Positions 35,616 through 48,100 of a DNA stretch of 64,000 nt are shown piece by piece (the first letter of the stretch is position 1; each line of letters starts with the position of its first letter). Both the position numbers and the translations under genes were made by a program. The notes under the pieces are model-generated. The model ran no database searches and was not told where the DNA came from. It saw nothing but the letters and a program-made list of their open reading frames with translations. Source of the DNA: Octopus sinensis. Its lineage: Eukaryota. Where the stretch lies: the NCBI RefSeq assembly GCF_006345805.1, contig NC_042999.1, positions 141,360,001 through 141,424,000 on the forward strand, in the 5' to 3' direction.

Positions 35616-38600
35616 TTTACTGATTTCTGTTTCTATTACTAGACTGCGAACATGCAAGGATACCGCTTTCAAAGTTATTTTTCTTTTGTCGATTATCTGG
35701 TACCTATTTCTAACGAAGTGAACCAAGCTATTGAAAATTAATTGTTGCCGAATACACGTTTCCCTATGAAGGGCACGCTGTTAAGAAGTTTCAGTGATAT
35801 TGGGACAAAAGAAAAAAGAAAAGAAATCAGTTTTTTCACGTCTTATGCAATCTTGTCCGAGGATTCTTTTATTTTGTTTTTTTTTATATACTTCATTTTA
35901 TCTAGTTTTCGCGTGTAAACATGTACCGGCACTTTCGAATAACGAAGGGAATTAATTTGTTATTACGAATTAAACATAAAGAACTCCAAGTAAGAATGGT
36001 GATGTCTTCTATGTTCTTTGCAGTACTTACAAATGTACTTCGGAACGTTTAACTTAATCAACATGTTGGAAATTTCTATTATGAGAATTTTTCTTTTCAC
36101 CAGTACATCGTCGTTGTCGTGCGACACTACACATATATGGCAACTTAGAGTATAAAACATAGGATCTGAGAAACTTATGACAGTGAAGAGTTAACAGGGC
36201 AGCCTTGACAGAGCAGACCTGTGATATCGTGTCTTTTTGTGTAACAGGTGTTAAGAAATTTCAATACTGGTGCAACTCACACAATTATCTCGGAAAATTC
36301 ACAAGATCCGATTTTTCCGTCATAAATTCGGGTAAAATGGATATATATATTGATTTTTTTTTTACGGAATCCCACGTTTTTGGTTATGGAGGATTCGATT
36401 TTGAAAAAAAAGTTTTTCAAAATTTCATTATGTTATCGCTGTTTTGTGAAATTTGGCTGTTATTTCTAGCATGTGGATAGCCTGCTTGAAGGCTTGAGGG
36501 TATTTTTTTTTTCTTGTTGAAAAATTGAAATTTTACAAATTTTTTTCAGAATCGTAATCTTCGTATTTTTCTACGTATTTCGCAAAAAAAAATTCCGGAA
36601 AAAGTGAAAAGTGAAGGGCGGGGTAGAGCGTAGGGAGAATTGAAATTTTGAAAATTTTTTTTTCAGAATCGGATCCTCCATAACCAAAAACGTGGGATTC
36701 CGAAAAAAAAAATCAATATATATCCATTTTACCCGAAGTTATGACTGGGTGTGGAAGTAACGTCGTTGAAAGACCTGATTGTAAATATGGATGAGTATGA
36801 TAATATAGAGGGGTGGCATGTATGCTTGTTGTCCGAAGAACAAAAAGCAAAAGTAGAAAAATTCAAATATGGGTACACTTGCTGGAGGGTGAACATTGAC
36901 AGAAATGATTTGCCAGAGTGTGTAGATTGTATGGACCTTATAGAGGAACATAAAATTGACATACTCAAAGGAACAAGGTTCAAAGGAAGAAAGGTATAAA
37001 TGAAGCTGCTCGAAGGTGGGGCCAAGTAGCTTCATTTCATTATACTCATACATTCTTGGTTTTTTTTTTCTTTTCTCTGTTTTTGTCCCCTCTATGTTTG
37101 CCCCTTGTGGGGAATAAAAAATTAAGGATGTTGGTGTTGCTTTGGTGGAGGTTTGCGCTCTCTGAGTGTCTTGTTTATATTATTTTAGTGTAACTGATTT
37201 TGGCTAGCTTTTAGCTTTTTATTTAAATTAATTATTCAAAGCAGCGTGTGATGCTTGTTAGCTCCAGGTCAGCATTTAGAGCTAACCTTGATAAGGATGT
37301 TTTTACATAACTTATTTTTCTTTCTGTCCTATTTTTTTTATATGTGTGTATATTTGAGTGATAAGCTAAAGTATGTGATTGTGAAAACTTACCTCCTATT
37401 TTGGTTGGTAGACATAGTACCACCACTTAACATTACACACTTTTGACTTAAGAAAGTTCAAGTTGTTCATAATGACAAATTCGTATCTTTTAACAGTAAA
37501 AAAACGTGGAGGTCCTTCATTCAAAACTTCGCCAGATACACGTGTCACTCTGTATGTATTGGACGCACTAAAGTTTCAGCATCTAGAAACTGACTTGGCA
37601 AAAGCTCTCAAGATTATTCACTGTCCTTTTAACTACAATTTTGGTCACCCTTTTGAATTCAATAACTCTACCACCTGTGGAGATGCTAATAAAAAAAAAT
37701 ATAGCATCTATGATTTTTAAAAACCATTTTTCAAGCACAGAATTGTTGAAACCTGGAATAAAATTATCCATTCTGGTTAACTGTTAGGCATGTTTCCTGA
37801 AATTTTTGTATGTGCACTCTTTTCTCTGTGGCACTTTTCTTTCTTGTGTATTATGCATGCTGCTTTTCGCCCCCACCTCTTGTACCCTTTTCCAACGAGT
37901 TGTGCACTCAAGCATTGAACATAATAAGCTCATTATCATAAAATATATAGCCATTAGCACATTTCTTTTATGCTGCCTTCAGTGTTTAAAATGGTCATAG
38001 CTAGCCCAAATATTCTACCTGTTTTATGTTCAAACCAGCTAGATCTGGCTTCTCATACCTACCCTACAAATGAACAATCAAATTTAGTAGTATTCACTTA
38101 TGGTGTAACACAGTGGGATTGAACCTAAAACACTGTAGTTGTGAAGCAAACTACATTACCATACGACCATGTCTACACATATGACAAAGAATAAAATGTT
38201 TCAAATACAACATTATGTATTTCACATGTTGTCTGCATGCTATTCACTTTACACGTGGTGGCAGTGGATGTAAACAAATTCACATTGCTGGCAAGTTTTC
38301 TTGACAATAGTTTTCAAAAGTGTCATAAATTGAGTTTTTCTTTGTCTTAGATGTTGTTCTTTACAGAACTGGATCCGCTCATTACTAATTTCTCCATTAG
38401 TAAACTGAGCTTTAGCAGTAGCAACCCTCAATACTATATCTTTAGTTGAAAAATAAGTAGTCACTAAATGTAAACAATTCAGAACAATGGTATTAGCACT
38501 GGAGGTGGCAGGGTTTTATCTCCCCACTGGCAATATAAACAAGAGTGCATTTTCCACCAAAAAGCCAATATGAGAGTTTTTCTCATGATAACTACTGCAG

Positions 38601-41600
38601 TATAGTTTGTTCTAATAGAGCATCCATGTTTAGGTATCTTTCTTCTTTTATCTTTTACTTGTTTCAGTCATTTGACTGCGGCCATGCTGGAGCACCGCCT
38701 TTAGTCGAGCAAATCGACCCCGGGACTTATTCTTTGTAAGCCCAGTACTTATTCTATCGGTCTCTTTTGCCGAACCGCTAAGTGACGTAGGGATAAATTT
38801 GTAAGATAAATATGACACGATTGTAATTCCCCCAAAACCCATCACTTGGGTTTTGGGGGAATTACAAGTAAGAAAAAAAAATCAGCCATATGCTATAGCA
38901 GTATTATATTAAAATAGTCATCTATATATTTAATGTAAATACATCACTAGAGGACAAATTTATTGCAGTATTTGTCCAACATCTGTTATGATGTGCTGTA
39001 TTTAAAAGCACGATATATATCAGAGTGAGATAAAAATCGTCCCAACAGCAACTAATGAGAATGTCAGATGCATTTCTGCCTTGTTAGGTATTGTCAGTGG
39101 TGTGCACTCACAGCCAGTCACATGCTTAGGTGAAAGAAATAATATTTTCTTGAAGCATTTGAAGGAAATTAACAGTAATTGGCTGTATATAGTTTTTTTC
39201 TTTATTACTAATTGCCAAAAGGAAAAAAATTTGATCCTGTTGGTAGAATGATATAAAAATAATTATACAGCATGAGATTTGAGAAAACACTTCAGTAAGG
39301 AAGGATTTGGATATGATTATGATATTACGGAATACTGCAGTAAAAAAGAAGTGAATTTTGATTTGCAATATTCACAGCCAGTTTTCATAAATGTGTATGC
39401 AAGAATGTGCATAGTTATTTTCGTTTTTTACTAAGTCTGTAGATTAATGTATGCAAAAAATGTTCATACTGATGGACTAACTTGTGTTGTTAGAGACAAA
39501 TATATGTAAGCAAATAAATATATGGCTATGAGAAAAAGAAAAAAATCAGATAAATGTACATATATTTTAACCTGTAGAAATTATTGTGTCAATGATAAAA
39601 CAAGAAGCTGACTGTCAGCCAAGAAAGAGAAAGAACAAAGCAACTTGGCCATAGCTGCTGTTGTGAGAAAAGGTACTGAATAGACTTTTATTTGCTTAAT
39701 ATAGCCCAAAATCTATTCAACAGACTACTAGTTTCTCATTGGCAAAAGTCATACATGTGATGATGATGATGATGATGATGAAGTGGTCATGTGTTCTGTT
39801 TAAGTAGACCCTATACCTGCTAAAAACAAAAATAAAAAAAGTTCTCATAGTTTTCTGATTGGCTAAAAATAAATATGACAAATTGGTGATACTAAACTTG
39901 TCTGCATGTGATCTCTACATGTTATAATACTACTGTTATTGCTGTTACCACTACTACTACTACTAATACTACATTTAAAAAAAAGTCTTTCAATCCCCTA
40001 CATGTCTCTTTCCACACTTTTTGTGATGATAAGCACACAATGTTACCCAGTTAGACACCACCATCTGGCCCTGGATGTTTTTAGTAGAGTTTATTCTGTT
40101 GCAAGCATTTGATCCTGGCATCTTGCTGGAGACTGCTATGACCTTCCAATGCACTTCTACCCTATTCTCTTCTCCCCAAAATACCAAAAACCAGCAATAA
40201 ACACTGAACAATTTCCTCCCCTCTTCTACAATATCTATGGACCTCATTCCAAACTAGATCCCACTCATCCTCTCTTAGACACAGACCACACATCGTATTC
40301 CTGTTTCAGGAGACAAATCCTTTACGTCATATCTCCAGCCCTTGTCATCTAAGCTGCACTGTTTATTCACTTTCCACCCCAGAAAGATTCTACTCTTCCT
40401 GTCACTCATTTCTGGATATCAATGATTATGACTTCCATTTACTCTGGCTCTAATTCTTCTTCACTCTCTCAAATACATCTGTGTCCTCTATCACTCTCTG
40501 TCTTCCTTGAACTACCTGCACTTATTGATCATATCTCTTCCTACATTGAGGACATGTATCTTTCTTCACCCCTCTCTGAAGTCATTATTTTCAATTATGT
40601 CAACATTCTTAATTCCTTGTGGTTCTTTCACTCACCCTACATTGATGCTGGCAAAGCAGAAACCATGACTTTTTCAATTTTTGATTATCTCCACCAACTT
40701 GTTTCATCCCCTACACATATCCAGGATTGATACTCAGATACCCAAATTTAATTTGTACCAAATCATAACTGTCTCTGTGCTTATCAATTATCTGACCTTT
40801 GCCTCATTGCAACTATTCAACGCATACCAACATACCACACAACTTTTTCTATGCTCTACATTTATAGTATTTATGTCAACCAACTGAGAGCTGTTAGTTT
40901 TAATCCAACTAACTCTGGTAGCATATGTGTTTCACTCATGACTCCTTAGAAACAGTTAAGTGAGTAATTTGCATATCCTTCCAGATCCTGTACATAACAA
41001 AAATCCAGTAAAAAAATTTGTCCTCTTAGTGGATGACTCAGGGTTATGCTGAATCTGTTTAAACAAAAAGCATGGCCTGCAGTGTTTGGTGAAACTCACT
41101 CACCACCAAAAATTGGGTTGTGTTTATCCAACAATGCAACATCTGCAAATCAACTATCCAAACGGCAAAAGATAATTTTATGCATTATACAACACTTGCA
41201 ACCTAGTCAGCACATGACAAACCCACACTGGCTCTTTCAGCAGCAAGAAAAAATAAATGATACTTCACATGAAGAAAAGCATTTTTGCACCTCATCCCCT
41301 CTTAATCATCAGCAGCATTCAACTAGAACCCTCATAACTCACTCCAATTATTGGGTCTTGCTTTTACTGAGAATTTATTTTGGTGAAAGCACATCTTTAA
41401 CACAGTTGGATTATAGCACAACAACCACCCCTTCTCTCCTGGGCCAGGAGATACTTCATCATCCTAACAATTATTGAAACTCTATAAAGCTCTGATATGC
41501 CTACAATGGAGTATTATTTAGTGTCTGGGATGGTGCTGCTGCTGTACTCAGACATCTCAGAACACACCTACAAAAGGGCCACTCATCTGATTGCATATAA

Positions 41601-44600
41601 TTACTTGCAGATACACTTCAATGTAACCCACAGATGCACTGTCATCTCTCAACCTTTTTTGGCACTACCACAATGGTCTCTGCTCCTTGTTGCTGATGGG
41701 GTCCCTGCCACATCCATTCAGGCATTCCCATCCTATTATCTCCTCATTACTTTTGTTGTGTCCAACCCTTCCAGGCTCCACACTAATCACAACACCCAGT
41801 CCTTATTTCCCAGAATATCAGCTCTCTGAAGTTTCCAGCATGTGTTGACTTACAAAGGTTCATGAGGAACATTAGTAGCATCAATCTCACTGGTCTAGTG
41901 TAGTGGTTCCCTGAGGAATCCTTCCGCTTCTTTCTTCAGACATAGCAGATAAAAAAAAAATTCATTTGGTGTATGTGAAGGGGATGGTGAAATTTAATTT
42001 TTCGTTTTTGCACTACCAAAATTTCCAATGTTAAAACAAAACAGAAATCTGAAGATTATTCTACTTCATTTGTGTTGTGATTGTATTTTCCTTTGATAAC
42101 ATAGCTTATGATGGGCTTTCCTTTATTTAAACCTGATATTGAGCTGCAACATCATTCAGTGAATAAACTGTTGTATGAAATAACAGTAAACTTTATTTAC
42201 TGAATGATGCTGAAATTCAAAATCTGGTTTAAGTAAGGGAGAAAATTTTCCCATTATAAGCTATATCATTAGGGAAAGCAAACTCACAATCTCCTGTTTC
42301 AATTTCCATGGTACACCATTATACATAATATATATATAAACAAGAAGTGTAAGATTGTTATTCAGAGAATCATGTGGCTATCCCAGCTCCTCATAAGGAC
42401 TCGGATATCAGTCCACATTATAATCAATTACAAGGTAATGTAAAGTGTCCATTTAACTGAAAGTATGTGTGTGTGTGTGTGTGTATATATGTATGTATAT
42501 TGAAAGCTAATTAAGAAGCTGTCAAATATCATTCAAATCACATTGTTTTAAAAAAAGAAGTACACATCAATAAAGTTAGTCCTTGATACACTATAACTGC
42601 TCAATGGAAGAATCTATGTTGGATTTAAATTAGATAGCTAGATGACACAGTGTCTAAAAAATAGTTATAGTGATAAAATGTTTTAGCCAGTTACATTATT
42701 GAATACTCACAGTGAATTTGAAATCCTCACTTACAGTTAATTCAATAGATAATCCACTCAGCTATCTAGCTATCCAATTTAAATCAAACAGAAACTCTTC
42801 CTTTGAGCAATTATAGTCAACTGCTTCCAGTTCCCTCTTTGAGTGAATCCTATAACTCTGCTACGGTTAATAAATGCATGATATATTTTTAAAAATGTTC
42901 CATTCTGATGGTATCAAATATCAACTCTCTTTACCTTGTAAGTCAAAAACTCACAATTACTAAACAAATTGAGTTTTTCTGCGAAAGTAATTCAAATATT
43001 GGTATTGTTTGAGATATTACTGAATAATTCTTTTGTCATTTTCTGCTGATTCAGCCAATCATTTGTGTTTCATGACGTGAATATTCTGGTCATGTTTATC
43101 ATTTCGGTCAATATATATAGTCATAACTGATCTATAATATGTGAGAACACTATTGATCAAAAGACTGAAATATTTTGACTGAGTCATAAATACATTAAAG
43201 TTCAAGTCTTATAATGATAGTTTCAAATTTTGACACAAAGCCAGCAAGTTGGGGCAGATGGGTGATGTGAGTTGATTACATTAATTTCAGTCCTCAACTG
43301 GTACTTATTTTATCAACCCCAAAAGGATGAAAGACAAAGTTAACCCTCGTGAAATTTGAACTCAGAATATAAGGTCAGACAAAATGCTGCTAAGCATTTT
43401 GCCTGGTATGCTAATGATTCTGCTAGCTTGCTGCCTTAATCCTTATAATAATGATGACAACGATGATGATGCCGCCGCCGAATGCCCTGATGCAGTATAA
43501 GGCAGTGGCTCTCATGGCTTCTGAGCTTAGCTGAATGGAAGTGTTATCCTCTACATTGTTTTGTTTTGGTATAAAAGATGAGCTACAGCAAATATTCTGC
43601 TCAGTACCACAAATCTGCCTGTAACTTGTTTGACCTTAACTAGTTTAGTATGTCCCTTAGAGATATGTGCATGTCTGATCATGAGCAGAAGTAGTGGGGG
43701 AGCATCATAGCCATGTGTCGAGAGGAATCCTTTGGGGTTTGAATAATTCACCTCTGGAAACATGGGTGTTTCATCCAACATCATCCTTAAACAACCCTTA
43801 TTCAGGGACATTTTGAGTTGGATGGGTTGCTCAACCTGATGAAAATTCTAACTGGGCCCCACCTGCAAGGTCATGCATTGTTTATCTTGATATGAGATCA
43901 CCATGTTGTGTACATGTGGTTGTGATGCATGTGCCTTGTGTACTCTTATCAGATGGGTAGTCATGACAGCTATACTGGGCTTTGTATATTTTACCCCAGT
44001 GTCACTTTGATGGCATACAATGCACTCTCTCTCAATAATAATAATTTCAAACTTTGACCTAAGGCCATCAATTTCAGGAGAAGGGTTAAGCCAATTACAC
44101 CAATCCAAGTACTCATTTTATTGGCCCTGAAAGGATGAAAGGCAAAGTTGACCATGAATGGAATTTGAACTCAGAATGTAAAGATGGATGAAATGCTGCT
44201 AAGCATTTTGCCCAGTGTGGTAAAGCTTCTGCCAGCTCGCTGCCTTAATAATAATAATAAGAAGAAGAAGAAGAAAGCAAGTCATGGCATATAAAAGCAA
44301 AATTGATAACTAGCTCATGGATTTTGATTTCAATCTTCTGTTGGTAATTCATTTATACATACCTTAATTAGCTGACTCCTGAGAATAGGACCAGATTGTA
44401 CTAGAAAGTTCCTATCAAATATACGTTGTTTATTGCTTTATCATTTTTTTATTGTTGTTCTCTATTTCTTTTGTGACCGGTCAGCATTTCTGTCCACCTC
44501 ATGCATGTATTAGAATGGTCTCCTATGCCAGAAGAAATGTCTTTCATTTTTTAGATGCCATGAAATCAGAACTATGCACTGGACTTTCAGAAAATTATAT

Positions 44601-45083
44601 TTATAACTATCTATCTATTGTTCTCAACAGGTACAGACCTGGAATATGTGAAAGTTGAAAAAATGGGTGCAAAAAATAATGTTGGTGTCATTACGTTAAA
44701 TAGACCCAAATCATTGAATGCCTTATGTAATGGCTTGTTTAAAGAATTGAACCAAGTGATTGATGAATTTGAAGCTGACCCTACTATTGGGTGCGTAATT
44801 CTAACTGGTACTGGAAAAGCATTTGCAGGTAAGTTATCATGGTCTTTCTCTGTTATATTTTGTAAGGATTGATTTCAGTCTGTCAAATTAGCAATTGCTC
44901 TCTCACTGCAAAGTAAAAACTTCCCCTTTTCTTTCCATAACTTTCAGCAATGAATACTCAGTCATCAATTTTCATAAAATATATGCTGTTTGTTGCTTTA
45001 TCGTTTTTTTATTCTTGTTCTCTATTTCTTTTCTGACCTCTCAGAATCCGGTCAGCATTTTTATCTACCTCATGCATATATCT

Positions 45084-45126
<43 letters not shown>

Positions 45127-48100
45127 TAATGCAATCATATTTTCAATTGGTTTTCTAGTTTGAAGGTGACATAGCCATACAAAGTTCATAAAATGTTCTT
45201 TTGTTAGATTGGGTTGCCATGTAGGTTTTTAACATGAATCAATGTAGAAATGTCAAGAATTTTGTTAGGACATCTCCTGATGTGGCCCAAGTTCCCACTT
45301 GCTATAGTATCTTCTCAACCACTCCAGATGTTTTCAGTCCAACTCCATTTCAACAATTATATGAACTTGACAAAGTATATTGAACTATTTTTATTACATT
45401 TTTTGCCATGTTCCCATGATTCATTTAATATGCTGTAAATAAGACAGTTTTTTTACTTTCTTTAACTGAAGTGTCATGTAACCTCAAAATGTAATTTACT
45501 ATGCCTGGAGGTATTGCAAGATTGTCAGCTTTGCACTGCTAACCTACATAGGCTTGAAACATTAGAAGGATTAAAAAAATTACGGTATAAAATATGTAGC
45601 TGGATGGTGACAAATTTGCTTCACAACCACATAGTTCCAGGTTAGTTTCAGTGTGGCACCTTGGGCAATTGTCTTTTACTGTAGCTTGAGGTTGATCAAA
45701 ACCTTGTTAGTGGATTTAGTAGATGGAAATTGAAATAAGGCAGTGTTTATATATATGTGTGTGTGTGTGTGTGTGTTTGTATTTGTCCCCCACTACTGTC
45801 TGACAATCGATGTTGGTGTGTTTGTCTCTAACTAAGCAGTTCAATAGAAGAGATTGATAGAATAAGTACCAGGTTTAATAATAAAAATATGTACTGGGGT
45901 TGATTTGTTTAACTAAAATTCTTTAAAGGCAGTGCCCCAACATGGCTGCAGTTTAATGACTAAAATAAAGACAACATAAAAAGAAAAGATAAAGAATTGG
46001 TGAAGAGAAAGTATATTTAACACTGTGGGACAGAGGCATTCATTAGATATATTCCATTAACCATCTTGTAATCAACTGATTAGCTTTAGTGAATTTAAAT
46101 ACCGCTAAGACAACCTGACAAAAACTGGGCTTCAACTTCAGAAACAGAAAATGCTTGCATGCTTTAACTCACAAGTACTAATCCTCTTTGGAAGCTCAGA
46201 TGAAACTCATAATAGGGTACTACATCTGTATCTAGGATGGTGCTGAATGACATGAAGACACTTGTTAGCATACTCCAATCTTTCTCTGTTTCATTTCTCT
46301 TTACTTTTCTACCACCATTACAGTGGTCACTGCTCTTTGAGGTTAATTGGTCTCATACCACTTCCATTCAGATGTTCTTGATTCACTCGTCACTCATAAT
46401 CCTGTTGTCTTGGTGCTGTGTAGTGGATGTGAATCTTAGTGGATTCAAATCCACTACACTGCTATACTTCCATATATGTACTAAAAAAATAATCCTTTCT
46501 ACTATAGGCACAAAGCCTGAAATTTGAGGCTGGTGGTTAGTCGATTACATTGACCTCCAGTGTTTAATTGGTACTTATTTCATTGAAAGGATGAAAGGCA
46601 AAGTTGATCTTGACTGAATTTGAACCTAGAATATAAAGACAACTACCAAACAAAATAATAAAATTATGTCACTTTTTGTAAAAAATTGACTAAACTTTGG
46701 TTGAATTCCTTTTCTTTTTTTCTTCCACTTTCAAGCTGGAGCTGATATCAAAGAAATGAAAGACCAGCAATATGCTAATGTTGTTGGCTCTAATTTTCTT
46801 GGTCACTGGGATCTTATCACCAAGTTGAAGAAGCCTATAATTGCTGCTGTTAATGGTTATGCTGTAAGCCTTTTAGCTATTTCTCTGCATTTTAGAATGA
46901 AATTTAGATATAATTAGAAATGGAATATTCATCAAGTGGTGCACATTTTGAGTTTGTTATTAGAACATTTCTTCACTGCTTCCATCTTTTTCACAAATTC
47001 ATAGAAAAGCAGACATAAAATGATGATGGGTTACTTCAGCAAATAAATGTTTACTGCTGCTTTTCCTTACTTTCATTCTTAAAATTGGTTTGTATAATTC
47101 GCAACTTTATGATGGCTATGTAGTCTTTAAATGATTATTTTCATCAGTTAAATATTGAAAACAATTATTAATGAATGAATTTGCAAAGGAGGAAAATAGG
47201 ACTCAATTTTATCAATCACAATCATTTTTCAAAGTTTTTTTAAAATATTTATAGTGTTAAAATTCGGCAAGTTTTAATTCACTAAAAGTTCTGACTTCTA
47301 CTGACTGATAAATGAAAGCATTTATCAAAGTATTTATAATAACAGCAGCTACAGAATCTCATGGAGATCCAACCATTTCTATTGCTATGAGATTCTCAAA
47401 TTCATTAACAAATTCTCATGCATGTATCTCAACATATATATTTTTTAATGTAATCATATTTTCAATTGATTTCCTAGTTTGAAGGCTACAGAGCCATACA
47501 AAGTTCTTAAAATGTTCTTTTGTTAGATTGGGTTGCCATGTAGGTTTTTAACATGAATCAATGTAGAAATGTCAAAATGATTTTCAAGAATTTTGTTAGG
47601 ACATCTCCTGAAGTGGCCCATGTTCCCAATTGCTATAGTATCTTCTCAACCACTAGGAAAACAAGGATGAACATATTGGAGATTTGATTTTATCATGCTG
47701 AACTTGTTGGGTGTTGTGAATTGTATTCTTGAGTAGTACAAATATAGATTTCTTTTTTCTGTAGATTCTACTAGGGTTTAGACATTTTGGATGAGAATTT
47801 TAAATTTTTAGCACATTTTGATGTTTCAATTGCAATTTTTGTTTTATGGTAAGGGCAACTCACTTTAATTAGTTTAAAATATCAAATAGTGAATAAAACA
47901 AACAAAAGAAAAGAAAAACGTAAAACTAAATTTTTATCCATGACTTTAAACAAAACCAAATATATTACAATTATTCATGTTTGTTATATTTGTTGTTTTA
48001 AAGTAAATGAAATTTTTCTTCATTTTGTGAAATATTTTTTCCAGTTAGGTGGAGGCTGTGAAATTGCAATGATGTGTGATATCATTTATGCTTCAGAGAA

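Noticed and set aside
38249-38464. 71-aa minus-strand ORF with a Cys/His-rich end
   Set aside because: Starts at a non-AUG codon, has no recognisable motif and no supporting splice context.
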